DNA of 64,000 bases from Haplodiscus bocki (lineage: Eukaryota): positions 12,028,001-12,092,000 of the forward strand of contig OZ296658.1 of the NCBI GenBank assembly GCA_965655095.1. The letters run 5' to 3'. The notes under the pieces were generated by a model. The model had not been told where the DNA came from, did not search any database, and worked only from the letters and a program-made list of their open reading frames with translations. Position numbers and translations under genes: made by a program. Position 1 is the stretch's first letter, and every line of letters begins with the position of its first letter. Positions 1-14,000 of this stretch are shown here, piece by piece.

Positions 1-3000
1 TTGGTTCAAGAAGGTCGAATGATAGTTGCAATAAAATGAGAAAACATATGCCGAACATGGAAGAACTTTTGATTCAAGTATCCACAGACAGAGCAAGAGT
101 ACAAACTAATTCTTTATGGACATCAAAACATATCCAGAATTTGGATACGGTCAATCAAAACTGTCCGTAGAAACAAATCGACATGTCAATTGTTCAATTG
201 CGGGTGGAAAAGGAACGGATGTCGCTGAATCAAACAAAAATTTTACCGTCTGTCGAACTTTTGCATTGCTTCCCAAAAACTGACCAAGCTTTACACTACC
301 CGATACCAGCATGAATAGATGATTTAATGTTAGTAACAAAAGGAGAGAATCAAAAACACCGATCAAAAACGTTCGAGATACTGAATAAACTCTATGAATC
401 TTGGTGTAAAGCAATTGAGAAAAAACTTACTTATTTCTCAAGGAATCAAATTAGCTGGAACACGAAAAGAACGAACACGAACTTTCAAACATCATGAAGA
501 TGATAAATTAAAACAATACTACATTCAAAATCACCGACTTCGGTTGAAATCTGAAAGTCCTTCTTCAGAGAAGTTCAGTATATCGCAAAAGGTCTACGAA
601 GACTTTCGGAAAAAACCGAACGTTTGAGAGATTTGCCGAAAAGAAAAACAGAATTTAAGTGGACCGACAGGGAAGAAAATGGTTTCATGGAAAAAAATAA
701 CAGAATTATGGTGTTTAGCACACCTTACGAGAGGTCAAGACAACATTGAAACAACGAACACTAGTGGAATGGGACTTGTTAGAAAACACTATGACAAAAA
801 GGGAACAATAAAACATGACAGCTGATACCAGCTGTGGGTATTTTTGTAAACGAGGCGCAGAAGAGTTTTGTCGGTGGGAAAAATAGAATGGTAAAAACAG
901 CAGTAGACTGTAGACTGGAAAGTTTTCGTTTTTTAAGTTTTCGGGAAAACAGTTGCAATGTATAAACGACCATCGAGTGTTGGAACCTTTCTCAAGACCA
1001 TAACTAGGAAGCTAATCAATGGGCGAGCAACGAAGCAATCATAGATAAAGTCAACAAAAAAGTCATAAGTTCTGAAACTCTCCGGTTAATAGAAAAAGAA
1101 GAAAAACTAACAAAATATTTTGCTCTAAAGTCTATAGTATGCTAAATGGTCACCCCAAAAACCCGACAAAAAAGGACGAAATAACGTGGCGGAAATTGAT
1201 TTGAGATTCTTCTCAGAAATAGGGGGTCAAAAAGATGGGGCGAGGCGTACCTGGAATTCAACCGCGGGAAAAGGCAATACACCAAGAAAAGGGAGGAAAA
1301 TACAAGAACTCGAAAATGACAGCAGGCTGCAGCGTTGAAGCAAGCGCATCAATCGCTCAACAGGAATTTTTGAAGTAGTAGATTCAAAGCACTTTGACAT
1401 AACTGCAGAAAAAACATTGGGGTTTCAACAACTCAGAAACTTTCTCGAGTGTCTGAAGGCGAAAAGTGCGGCAGGTGAGGAAAACCTATAGAAACATTGT
1501 TTAACCTCAAGTTAGACTCACCGAAGGCACTTGCGCACAAATCTTCAGTCGATCCGAACTGATTCCATTTGAAAATTTGAATTAGAGAACGAAAAAAAGC
1601 TTTCCCAAAGAAATATTTCCGGTTTTCTATCAGTTGCCAGAACGGTACGCTTTGGTATTTGCTGGAGACAGAAAAAATACCGGAAAAACTGAAAAAACAG
1701 AAAGTGGACGTATTGCATTTTGGTTTCCTTGATTCCACCAATGTATGAGCAGAAAATAGTTTCACCGTGTGGTGTGGAATGCGGAAGGATACTGAGGATA
1801 GATGCAATTCCCGCACAGCTTGCATGAGATCCGGTAGAAAAATTGAATGTTTTTTATTGTCAACCGAAGAAGACCTAAACATCAATTATTTTTTTAAGAA
1901 AACTGCACAAAAAACTGCTGCCGTGAACAGTAAATTCTTATACCGAAGGACAGATGCTGTGAATTGCCAGAAATTTGGTTCAAAACCCAAATGGCTCAGA
2001 AGACTTCCTAAAATTTCTTGAAAGCTATATCATTTTGTATGCAGCACCCTATAAAACGAAATCCGATCGGGTCGTGGATTCATGTCACACATACATCGAA
2101 AATTCTATGGAAAAGAAGTAGTGAAAAAACTTTTTCAGCCTACTGGGATCACACACCGGAACAGGTGAAGTGGTATCCGCGATACATTTTTCAAAAAGTA
2201 GTTGGAGTGAACTTGAAATGTGAAGTCGGTTTCATTGAAAGGAAAAACCATGAGGTGAGAGTAATGCACTTTAACTTTTACTGATTTTTAAATATTTCAC
2301 TACTCGAATTACATAACGGGAGAAAACCGAGAAGGGGCTTGATCATTAAAAACAAGAAGAATAAAAATTATCTATCTGACTAATAAAACTAAATTTCTCT
2401 GTAGCACCGAAGCAATTTTCAGTCGAATTGTATCGCAAAAGAGAAGTGATAGACCATATTGTGATGGCTCAGAAAAAAAAGACACCCTGTTAATTGTTGC
2501 TCGGCAAGAAGACTTCCGAAGTAGAGGGCGGTAGAACCGCGTAGTAGAGACTTTTCGAAATCATCACATATTTTTTAGGCAACGAAAATCCGCAAAAATG
2601 TCACTGGAAATGAAGTACAGAAACAAACCGAAAGCAGTCATACACGGCACGACGGCACCCAACACACAGCACGTACTGCAGAAACTCAGATACCGCACCA
2701 GGAACTAAAGTCAACACCGGTTATTTTGCACAAATCACTGAAGAGAGACACCTTGCCGAACGATCATAAAATGAGCGGACCGTGCGGGAACTTTGTGAGT
2801 CCGTCGGAAGTAGATCGAAAGAAGAGAAGCAGTATCGCAGAGACCGGAATAAAATATTTATGCTCGAAACACGATGAAGTTACAGATTTGGAATGCTATA
2901 ATGTATCGATCGGCAACCGGTCCATGTAGCCGTTGGCAACGAAATGAAAACAAAAGATGAAATTGCACTGCTATGGACCAGAGCGGAAGAAAAAGAAATC

Positions 3001-3259
3001 AAAGACATTGATCAGAACGGGGATGGAAATAAGGAATTGAAAGAACGTCGCAAATTACGGTGATCTAATATAAGAATTTAGACCACCGGAACACGTTTGG
3101 GTAGCCAACGTTTCCGAAATATAATTTTACTTCAATTTTTGTCTCTACAGATTTGACTCAGAAGAACCTCACAAAACCAAGAAGAGGACCATTTACAATA
3201 AGGATTTCGACTGTTCTTCTGACGATCATGAGTAGACATTTAAACTAGAGAGAGAGGAA
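1..3259 (+). pseudogene. pol: Decayed Ty3/Gypsy pol (RT, RNase H, integrase), truncated by the window start
   Basis: Frame-shifted motifs in Gypsy order. RT: MPNMEELL (48), FGYGQSKLSVETNRHVNCSIAGG, A*IDDLMLVTKG (~309-345, YxDD-type motif). RNase H: LESFRF and NDHRVLEP (~915-990). Integrase zinc finger: LHFGF then WCGMRKDTEDRCNSRTACMRSG (1712-1835). Many stops. Confidence 0.85.
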
Positions 3260-3575
3260 TGCCATACGGTTTATTCGAGTATTTAACCGTCATGAAACTT
3301 GACGGAATGAAATACATCCTCTTACAGGCATTGGTATATTACAATTGGTGTTACGTATTGACTTGCACTTGATCAATTTAGAATAACATGTCGGTGAAAG
3401 TAGAACAGATTGAAAACTATAACAAACCTTTTTTTCTCCTTTCCAATTGGAACAGAACAGATACTGAGAGTGAAAAAACACTGAAGAGTTTCTATACTTT
3501 TACCAGCAGAATTTTCATTGAAGTTATCTAAATAGCTAGACTCGCAATGCGTTGAGCAATTTTCACTTTTTGACA
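3247..3575 (+). mobile_element. Polypurine tract and probable 3' LTR of the first Gypsy element
   Basis: AGAGAGAGAGGAA (3247-3259) is followed directly by TG at 3260. A TGACA at 3571-3575 is a possible LTR end. No partner LTR is in the window. Confidence 0.45.
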
Positions 3576-4271
3576 TTTGACTAAAAATTGACTGCAGGTG
3601 TATTACGGTCGGTCAGGATTTTTTTCGCCCGTGACTAACTCGCATTTTTCAAGGAGCAGGTACTCATTTTCTAGTTAATTTTTCTCCTCCATCCAATTGT
3701 TGCGCTGTTGCTATGAAGAAATTCGAGAGGATTTTTTTAAAACCACGCTTTGGAGTCTTTTTTGTCTTTTTTTCGTCTAAAATGCCCCCAGAAAGACGTC
3801 AGTCTCGAAAAAAGCAAGTTTTCGACACAATAAAGTCCTTGATCATACCTTTTTTGAGTGGACGTGGGTCTCCACCGATGAGAAGCAAGCATTGACACCT
3901 GTATACTCAAAAAAGTCGTAATTGGCACAGAGATTGCAGGGGGGGGGGGCTATCATGAAAAACTTTACTCTCTGATTTTAATTTTTTTGTTATATTCAGA
4001 TGGGGTTATCCCATAATTGTTCCGCAATATGGATTTGCGGAAAATGTCTTCTTTTTATTGAGGAGTATCACTATCGTTTTCAATTGGCGATGTTTTTAGG
4101 GCGTATCGTGAAAGTTTTTTATTGCCTTGTAGCGAAATTTTAGCTTCATCAAGTGGATGATCTCGGGGTTCTTGTTCAAAGCTTGACGTAGATAAGACCT
4201 GTTCCCTACCACATATTCACAGAGTATCGCGAAGCTTTTCAAATTTTGATTTTACCAAAAAATGGTGGTTT

Positions 4272-5330
4272 TGTCAAACCTATCGCCACGTGGCGTTGAA
4301 GGACCTTGAATTAGGTCAGAGGTTTCTCCACTACGTCTTGATGTGTCCCGTCGGAGATTTTTCATGAGATTGCAGAGCTTTTCCAACTGCTTAGTTAAGG
4401 GATCAGTAGCCGAATTATTCTGCCGGGCTACCTCTTGCGCCGTAATGGGTACACTTGAACTAGCGGCCGATTTATTAACATCCTCTAGTTCATGACTGCC
4501 TAAACTATGGGTCTCGTCACCTGTCCTGCTGGTATTCAATTCTTCAGAGTTCGGAGCGCTCATCTCAGAATCACAACATCTTGATGTTTGATTGACAGTG
4601 GAAATAGTTCACGCAAGGGTACAACATCGGTTGAATAATTTCACACAGGAACTTTATCAATCGAAAGAGGTTAAACTGTGGTTGAACAATGGTTGAGCAA
4701 AAATTAGCAGAGGTTATGACTTGTCCTACCTCAACTTTAGCGTTAAAATGCGTCTTGTGACTGGCGTTCGCCGTGCTGGACGGTCAATTGATGATAATTA
4801 ACGATGTGACATGAAAATGCGCCATCATTGGTTGCCCGTTCTAGCAACTTCAATAGCACTTTCGGTGATAGTCTCTAAGTAGCTTTAATCTATTACTACG
4901 TGCTCAAATACAAACCACACAACAATTGATCATGCACCGATGTCTCTTTCTCGTGGTGATGTTTTTTTAATCCCGCAGTGAATCACGAATAAACAGACTG
5001 AAACACATGTAGAGCGGCTCAGTATAGTGCTTTATTACAAATCTGCAAAATTGGCTGTCTAGCACGAGCGACGCACGTCGCTAGACAGTGTTTAAAAATA
5101 AAGTTGGGCATGAGATTGAATTGATTAACTTCATCACCAGAATAGCGGCTCAGTAATTGACAAAATATAGTATTACATAGTGACGTTCATGTCAGTTGCA
5201 AATATAAAGCTGCACAAATTGCTTATGTTTTAAATGATAATAGATAGTTTAGGGGCTTCATACATATAACACAAGCTATTCGCATACTCCTATTATGTAG
5301 TTTACATTATCATCATTCAAGGGCATGACA
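4272..5330 (-). mobile_element. Solo LTR containing a gag N-terminal stub (ORF 4563 to LTR end)
   Basis: Termini TGTCA...TGACA; flanks GGTTT/CGTAT (3/5 match). The ORF MSAPNSEE...DPLTKQLEKLCNLM...DRFD reaches the terminal CA. The last ~130 bp are visibly homologous to ~56595-56736. Confidence 0.7.
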
Positions 5331-8300
5331 CGTATAATCTAAAGGTACCGCACGTTTCATTCTTTGTTCTCCTTCTTCGGAAGTTTCCGCTGCACACAAG
5401 AGAAGTCATCCCGTTCTTATATCCCTTGCGCTTTTGTTCTCGCGGAAAACCTCTAATTTTTACAAGGAAGTATCAAGTGTATTTCGTATATTGATTTCTC
5501 TTGAAGTTAACCCGATGTTCAAAAAAGTCAATTTTAGCCTTTTTCATTGTTTTTGGTTCGCAGCGCAGAATTTCCTAAAATTTTTGTGTTGACTTCCTTC
5601 TCTGTAACTTGTTCTTCAGATTCAAAACCTTTTAAAACTCTGAGTTTTTTTCAATTTTGGCTTCAAAATGGGGGCATTGCGACTATTTGGAAGAATTATC
5701 TCACAAATCTCTCAAAAGAAGTTGTCTCGGTTGTCTTTGTACTTTACTCCAGCATATAATGTTCAGAACAGCAAGCAGGTTCTACGAAGTTTATCGATTC
5801 TGGGATTTTTCTTAACCTTGGTCTCGGTGAATGCCGGAGTAGCTCGATATTTTTCCACATGTTCCATGGCATAAACAAGATGGTCGGTTGCTATATTCAC
5901 AAGCGAGCAAGCGACTCCAATTGTATTACGGACGATGTTCGTCGTTTTTTCCCTGTGTCTCCAACTGGCAAAACAGCGTTGGCTGGCAAAGTATGTGTTG
6001 AAACTTGCTCATGCCGCAATGCTTCCTATCAAAAACCTCTTCAAGTTTCCTCACATCAAACCAGTTCTCCTGTTTTGAGAGATGGAGAGAAATACAGCAA
6101 TAAGTATGTGAAATTCCAGAGTACTTTTGAAATGAAATTGGGGAAAAAACAACAATGTTTTTGTATGCTCTTTTTTCGTTGGAGTGAATTTTCCAACAGA
6201 CTATCTGTCGAATCTGGTCCATTTAGTGGCAAATCACATACTTGCAACCAAGATTTTTAGATAGGCGCTTTTGATGGTCTATTTTGTAACTCTTTTTCGA
6301 AAATGTTTCGACTTGAACATCGGAAATCGAAGACACTTTAGCTTGTATTGTTGGCTTTAAGTGTGTTTTTCTTGTCAACTACTTATCGGAATGAGTCCAC
6401 TCAGAGATCATTCAAAAACCTACTACTAAAATGTTTCAGAAAGCAGCTGGTATGGTTTTTTAGTTGTTCTTGAGATTTCTATCAAACTCTGTTCGAAAAA
6501 TCAGAGACCTTTTCAAATTACGTCTTTCGTCAAAACTCTTTTTTTTTTATTGACCACCGGTGGGATTGGGTTAGTCTAGCGTTGATTCAAAAGCCGCCGC
6601 AGGTGCTTCTTGTTCGGAGTTTTTGACGAGCAGCAGATTTTGTCTACTTTTACTTTTTGTTGCAAATTATCTTGACATGAGTTTGAAAAAGTGAGAATCT
6701 CTCTACTTGTGTCGCCCGTTATGTGTGCTATTTTTTCAAGTGACTGGTCAGATGAAATTGCTCTAAGTTTCATTAAACTATTTTCTACTTGTAGTTTTTG
6801 ATGAAAACCCGGGACAGTCGTTTCCCATTTTTTATCATAGATTACATTAATTTGTGATTGAAAAATCAAACCTGATTGTGATTTCGTCGTTCGTTGAAAA
6901 CCTTTTCATCAGAAATGACTCCTCTCAATGCATTCATCGAGCGCCGACTCATTTTTTGCTACACATAGGTCTTGTTCAGTGGCTGAGGTTTAACTGTTTC
7001 TAATTTTGCTGCAAAGTATGTGCAACGTATGATTAAAAACCAAACTTTCTTTCACTTGTCTCCTTCATGGAAGCCGGAAGCTGTTTCTCTCAAAAAATAC
7101 TGGTCAAATGATTCCAATTCTTGACTAATTCATGCCAGAACTGATAGATGAAGGGGGAGTTAAAGGGGCAGCTACTGCTTGACTTATACTTTTCTATCAA
7201 AATTTTTTTGCGTAGTTTAGGCAAATCTAACAAGTTTCAACTTCGAGCTCTGGTCAGGATTGGCTTTTTTCAAAACTGTTCCCTTCATTTCATCCATCCA
7301 CTTTATCTGCATACTTAGAGCTTTTTCGAAGTAACAGCGTCTGTCAGTTCCATGTTGTTCCGCCAAAATGTTTTTGCTTGCGTCGATGCTCGTGATTTGA
7401 ATATGTTTTTCTGCGTGTTTCGTCTGTAGTTTTTTTTTTCTAAAATATGCGGTGTAGCTTGCCAGAAGCGTTCTTGGGAAGTAAAGCTTAGTTGCATGTT
7501 TCTGCACTTGAAACAGCCATTATATATCAACTTAACTACAAAGTGGGTTTTTTTTTGTTAGTTTTGAAAGGTACAGCATTTTGAAACTCAAAAAGTTGCT
7601 CACTGTCGTTGTTTTCAGTTGAACACTCAAGCCGACCATACTCAGTTTGGCCATTTGAGCGTTTGCAAAGCACAGCCGTTTCTCTGTATTACAATTGCGA
7701 TCAGCAAGTGTCTCGGAATTGTAGTTTTCTGGCATTTTTTCCCGCAATACATAAGTGCGAGCCTCTGTGCTGCCCTGGAAGCATTGCTACAGAACAAAGA
7801 CTGCTCATGCCGCCCTTTCAATTGTTCTCACGATGGCACTACTTAGGTTCTTTTATTAACTGTAGTTCACTTTTTGGAATATTTTAAACTCCTTGTGATC
7901 GCCGATAAGGAATCAGCTTCCGAAAAATCTCAATATGTATCTGAAAAACATATGACCAATTAGAACGCCTTGTTCAGAAAATTTGTATTTCCATCAAATA
8001 GAAAATTCAATAGGTTCAATGAGAATGGATTCAACTGCTCCTCCGCCAGAGTTTCTGTAAGTGGTTGGGATGGTCTATGTTATGTTTTTCTTGTGAAATT
8101 TCTCCACTTGTTTTTGAAAACTTCTTACCGCTTTTGTCGCGTTCTTCGGCTAAACTGATTTACACAGTAGCTAATGGTTAGTTTTGTTCCATCGAGTGCC
8201 CAATGACGTACTCAAAGCCTCGAAGGGCAGCGGTGCAGCTTGCATTGACCATCTTGTATTTTTCTAAAAAAAACTCATCAGTTTTTTGAGAATCAATGAT

Positions 8301-9885
8301 TGTTTTTTATGCATTTTTCGTTAGAAGTGCTTTTCCCAGAAACCAGTGATCCGAACGGATCGATCTCAGTTTGATTCTTTTGTTAACAAACTGGAGGAAT
8401 TGTGGTGTAGCTTGGGTATTTCAATCTTTTGAAAATTTGCGGCAACTCTTGACTTGTATTTCAATTTTCTAGGCCTTTTCTCGCGCTTCCGTAGAAATTT
8501 TTTTCTCATTTTCTAATAAGCGGATTGGTTTCATTTGGCATTTTTTCAACAACTATCAGTTTATGATGTCCACATTGTAAATTGGATGTTACCGTTTTTG
8601 TTTTTGATGCCAAAAGTTTTTACCTGTAACTGCAAAGTCGATTAACTTTTTGTTTGCACTGTTCGTTAAAGCTGTTTCCTTCTACTTATTGAAAGAATTT
8701 GGCTTCTTTTCACTTGACGGAACTATATCGTGCGTGGTGTTTGTGTTGAGTACAATTTGTGAACAATGTGGATTTTTTGTGAAAATTTTCAACTGTTGGT
8801 TGTATTTTTTCAATTGTTTTATTCTCGAAAATTTTTTCTCAACGACCTTTACTAGGATCGACTCTGTCCAGCGATGAATCAAATGTCTCTATTGGAATGT
8901 TTTTGCGAAGTTGCTTGGAGCTTTTTTTTGCTGTTGAATGCAAAAAAAAAAGATTTCAACAAAAAATTATGGATGCGTTTGCTTTCTTTGTTGGATGAAA
9001 GTGTTTTCATCGAAGACTAGAGGTTGGATTGAGTCCACCTAGTGCTGTCCTAATCAATTATGTCCGACAACTATGTAGAAAAAATGAAACGCTTGTTTTT
9101 GAATTTCAATGCGAAATTTTTCGAAAAGAAATTAAGAAAGGTCAAAAATGCATTCATTTCCGCTGTTCTCTCGAAGACTAGTTGTTTCTCTCGAAGGTTA
9201 GTTGTCAAATTGGCTCCGTACGATGCTGAGTCCACCCAAAATTTCCTATTTTTCCCCTAAGGTAGCTCAGAAGAATTGAGTTGAATCAGCCGACAACTGC
9301 AGTAAAGATTGAGCTTGAATTTGACTTGGTTTTGTGTTTATTTCTGAAGTTTTTTGATAATTGGTTTCCCAAGTGTTTGTAGTTGCTCTTATCGATGTTT
9401 ATCATCAACTTTGGAGTCTCATTGAGTCTCGTATAAGCATCGAAGATATTTTCATTTTTTAAATTTAGGCAAAAACATTTCCTACCACGTCTAATGTTGT
9501 TTTCCTTGTCAACAAAAAAACAGGTACTTTTTAGAACATCAGTCATCTGAGCCATATTGTTACATAGAGCATTTGCGAAAGCTCGTACCTGACAAAAATA
9601 GAACTTACCGGATCATGTGGCAAAAGAATTGCAGGTTTACTTAGAGATGACAAACGGAGTCCATATCTTTCGGCAAAGATAGTGTAGGCTGACATTCTGC
9701 CAGTTCTCTTCGCCAATGTTTTGGCAGAAGTTTGTTGAGCGCAGCTTCGTTTCTCTGTTACACTTGCCAAGTGAGGGAACCGAGTGGCTGCAAGCCTGTG
9801 GCCCAGCACTTTTCTCAAAAGTTTCAACCTAGCCAAAATCAGTTTCGAATTGAAGTTCAAACTGATGACAAAATTCAGTTGCTTC

Positions 9886-10125
9886 AGTGATTGCGTTTGT
9901 TTGCCGGTTAACATTCTTTTTTTTTTGACCAACAAAACAATTTCCTCTGCAGTAATATTAGCATGAGTCTCACCAATTGTTTTTAGGCTTGTGCGCAAGT
10001 TTATTCTGCTTGAAGCGGTCCTTCTTAGGTCTTCAATATTGCCCAAAAAATCCATGTGATCAGGTTTCAATTTATCACCGTCAACACTCCGTCCTGCAGG
10101 CGCATTGACTGACTTCATGCCCAAT
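9886..10125 (-). repeat. Older, more diverged copy of the LTR end (probable remnant of the original 3' LTR)
   Basis: Aligns to 10167-10405 and to 21619-21856 at roughly 75-80% by eye, and stops where the LTR ends. Confidence 0.8.
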
Positions 10126-10578
10126 GAGGAACTCAGGAAACTCTTGAGGGGCGTTTTGTCCTGTCATGTGATGAGCGTATGTTTGCCCATCAAAATTCCT
10201 TTTGTTGACCAACAAATCGTCTTTTTCTAAGGTAATATTAAGATGAGTCTCTTCAATTCTCCTCAAGTCTGTATGTGAGTTTATTTTGCTTGAAACGGTC
10301 ATTCATAGGCCTTCAATATTGCTTAAAAAATCCCTCTGATCAGGTTTCAATACATCACCGTCAACAGTTTGTCCTGAAGGCGCATTGGCTGACTTCATGC
10401 CCAATTCCACTCTAGGAATCACTAAACTTCCTATCGCAGTCAATACCGCGTCTTGGACTCCAGTCTCAACTGATGTCATCACAATATCCACTTCACTTCG
10501 TACTATACTAAAAATATTTTCCTCAAGTATGTGTACATCTACTTGTGGGTAATTAACTTGAGTTGGGTTGCTTACATT
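10126..10578 (-). repeat. Young copy of 21575-22029 (inner LTR half, PBS and start of internal region)
   Basis: Direct repeat, >90% identical by eye, with a 3-bp deletion at the LTR/PBS junction (TGTCATGTGA vs TGTCACCATGTGA). Confidence 0.92.
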
Positions 10579-11060
10579 CTTGAAGAAATTTAGGAAAATT
10601 GACTAAAGTGAAATGAAGGAAGTATTGTAATTTTTCATGTTTTTTAAGGGTTCAAAAGGTCAACGCTGACAGACGTGACCTTGTAATAAGTCGTCAAAAA
10701 TGTAAATAAAAGTTAAGAGACATAGATGAAATGTATATCCATACTATACAGGCACGACATCCTGAGTATGAATTGTTGACTTTGAATTGTTTTATCAATA
10801 TTATTTCAAAGTGAGTAGATTTTCTTCTTTTGTGGAGAATTTCTACGGAATCAGTCTTCGAGTTTGTTGTGTCAAGTGGAAATTGTCGAGAGTCAAAGAG
10901 AAACCAAAGTTGTGGAACAGTCAATAGTCAGTCAGTGGTCAATTTACGACCTGGAACAAAAGAAACAATCATCATGCAGTCTTTGGTGTGTGAACCGGTG
11001 GTGTGGAATTTTTTGCAGCCAGTCCCAAACCAGTCATTGTTTTTGTATTGACATTGCAAA

Positions 11061-14000
11061 ATGAGTAAGTATTCATTAGTTATCAAGACAAATATTGCTA
11101 CCGTAGAATTTGGAATTGGATCAAGAACTACTTGAACTATGAAGATTGTTTGTTTACATGGCCAGAGTGATTATTTCGTCATTAAACACGTGATTTCCGG
11201 TGCAAGAAACAAATCAAGTTTCCGGTTCGAGACGTCCAATTGCGAAAAAGAGTGAGCTTGTGGGAACATTGCCTAGAAAATTTATCAAATTTCTTCAATT
11301 AGGTAACGAGTCCAGTTCAGTTGGTGCAGCCGACGAAAAGATGCAGACTAGTGGAATTCGAAGGGAGACTGGAGTCAGGGAGCAGATTGCCATTTTTCGT
11401 CATTTGATTTTTCACCTGCGAAGACGTTATCTGTCCTGCAACCCGTTAGTTTGCAGGCAGGAGGAAATATTGAAATCTGTTCTCTTCTGCCAGCGGCTTT
11501 CTTGATACATGCCGAAGTAGAGTGTTTGCTATTGAATGGGAGTGAAGGATGAGAGTCGGCAGTTAATGCTTATATTAAGGAAAAGCTTCAAAAATGGATT
11601 CGGAGTGGGCTGGATCAGTTGGCAGAAACGAGTGAAGGAGTTAAGTCACAAATTTTGGGAGAGCAGGAGTCACCAATTGCCGTGTAACCTAGACTGCGTC
11701 ACAGAAAAAAGTCCATTGGTGTAGTTGATGTTGGCGAGCCTGGGCCCTCGGAAATGGCTATTTCGGATAATTCAACGCCGATTAAGGGCATGCTGCCGAT
11801 ATATAGTCAACGCAGGTCAAGTTTGTTGGATTTGCTCGAAAACACTGATGTGTATACTGAAAAATGGAGAGTGGAGTTCAAGATTGGAGATGAGGATGCG
11901 TCACTTTCTGGAGGAGTTGATCTGGGTGACTTGGTCAGAGGAAAGGGTCGCAGTGTGCCCGAGAATGGAAGTCTTGGTTCGTCGGAGACTGAGCCTCTAG
12001 CACGTGGTTTGGCTGTTGAGGCACATGTACCTACTATCGATACAACGTTGCAAGGTATTCCTCGGGAGATTCGGCACCAGCGCCAGTGGGCGAATGAAGC
12101 TCGGATGGCGACACAGCGATGTGGTTACTACCACAGTCAATCAGCGAAAATGCTCCTGAAGTAGTTTCTTGAATTAACTCTTCCGACCCATTTAGACCGC
12201 ACTCACCAGACGACGAGTTTGAGTTCGGGTCAAATGATCCATTTTGCTCGGGCTGTGGGTTTGGAAGTGGCTCTGGCATTATATGGTCTGCTGGAAGATT
12301 TGTTGGTGAATCTGGGTTCGGAAATCGGGGTAGTATAGGACCTGCTGTTGGAGGAAGGTCGCCTTGTCCGAGTCAGTGTGGGTCTGTTGTTGTGGAAAGT
12401 TTGGCGTCACGTTCACAAAAACATTTTCTTACCATCCAAAAAGGCATTGAGGAGTCAGCTGAACAATTTGGGGGTTTAGCCGCCAGCAATAATTTATTTC
12501 CTGGGATTGATATTCCATTGTCACAGGAAACAACAGGCAACACGCAGTGCAGTGGTACAGATGGGTCTTTGACGTCGCAGAAAAAAAAGACAAGTTCCAT
12601 GCCCAAGTGTACGTACAGACAAGACTTATAGATTGTATCAATGCGGGCGCCCAAACCAAAGTCCGTCTAGTAAAACTGAGAGAAGGGGTGGCTTTCACAG
12701 AGGAGATGTTAGCCAAAGCTCATCCGCTGCTCTTTTCGCTATTGGCCCGGAGGATCCCCTCGAAAATAAGTACTGTTTCTAATACATGTTGTACAAGCAG
12801 AATGGAAAGATGGCATCACGCTTCAGAGTTGAGGTGGCAATTTGAACGAGACCACCATCTTAGGGTTGAGCAAAGGTATCGCGCGAAGTAATTTCCCCGA
12901 GCCGTTCTCGGCAAAAATTCGCTTGTACTGTATGGAGAGAAGTTCGAGGAAGCCCGAGAGAAGCACATGGATTTTGACGTGCCCGAGTTTGATCATAAAT
13001 GCCCTTACTAACAAGACGTTGTGGAGGGGAAACCAATTGCTTTTGCAAGTGAGATTGACAGGATACGCAATCCATTGCATCTTTTGATGACTCTATTGCG
13101 GAGTGGAAGGGATATATGGCGCCTTGAAGAGGGCTGGATACAAGTGGGGGTGTTTACTGGGAACTCTGCCTCAACATCCGAGTTCAGTTGGAGTCCTGAA
13201 TGCATTAGTGTAATCTTTTTATTGTCCGGGCAAAAAAATTTTGTTGACCTATTGTTGACCGTTCGACAGAAACGCCATCGGAATGAATTAGGTCTTAAAA
13301 AGGTCAAATAGGTAACTTTGACCTTTTGTAAGTTTTGCTTTAGGGTTACTCCATCGCTGTTTCTCGTCGTTAATGGCTCACTTGAAAAATGTTTTGGTTC
13401 GGAGCAAATTGTAGTCGTTAGAATTCCGGACTCTAACAAAATCGAAGAATCTTTATTTGCTTTTTTGGGAGGGTCAGAGCTTATTTGACATTGAGGTTGC
13501 CAGATGGCCCCGTGACGTTCGTGTTGTGAAGGGCGAATTGACTTTGATTTTTCAGTTACACTCTGCTATCTCTGTAAGACCGCAATTTTTTTCGTGTGGG
13601 GGGTGCAGTGCCGATGTCTTGAAAGCACTTGATCAAGACCCTGTTCGTCAAGAAAGCATTCAGTACCCGTTGATTTCGGAACGTGTGGACATCAAATGGT
13701 TTGTGTGTGGGGCTAGTTACGATGCTCTGGGTGGTATCGATTTGTTTTCAATGTTGCAGACCCTGTTAGTACGGTTGACTGGCGCTCTTGAAGAGAAATG
13801 AATGCACGCGACTACGCCTTTGAGACAAGTGGGTCGTTAGTATTTTCATGACCTAGTTATGAAATTTTAGTTGCGCTAAACGGTTAATTTATAGGCTGTC
13901 GAAAAACAAACAATTGTTTCGGAGGAGTGTCACATGTTGGTGAGAACATGCTTATTTACTGGGCTCAAATTTTATTCTTCCTTTCGTCATTTGCTCCTCA

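Noticed and set aside
9543-10124. 193-aa minus-strand ORF as a gene
   Set aside because: It is a chimera of the in-LTR gag stub reading out into unrelated flank past 9886.
10126-10578. Treating this copy as the ordinary 3' LTR
   Set aside because: It includes PBS and internal sequence and lacks the outer LTR half.
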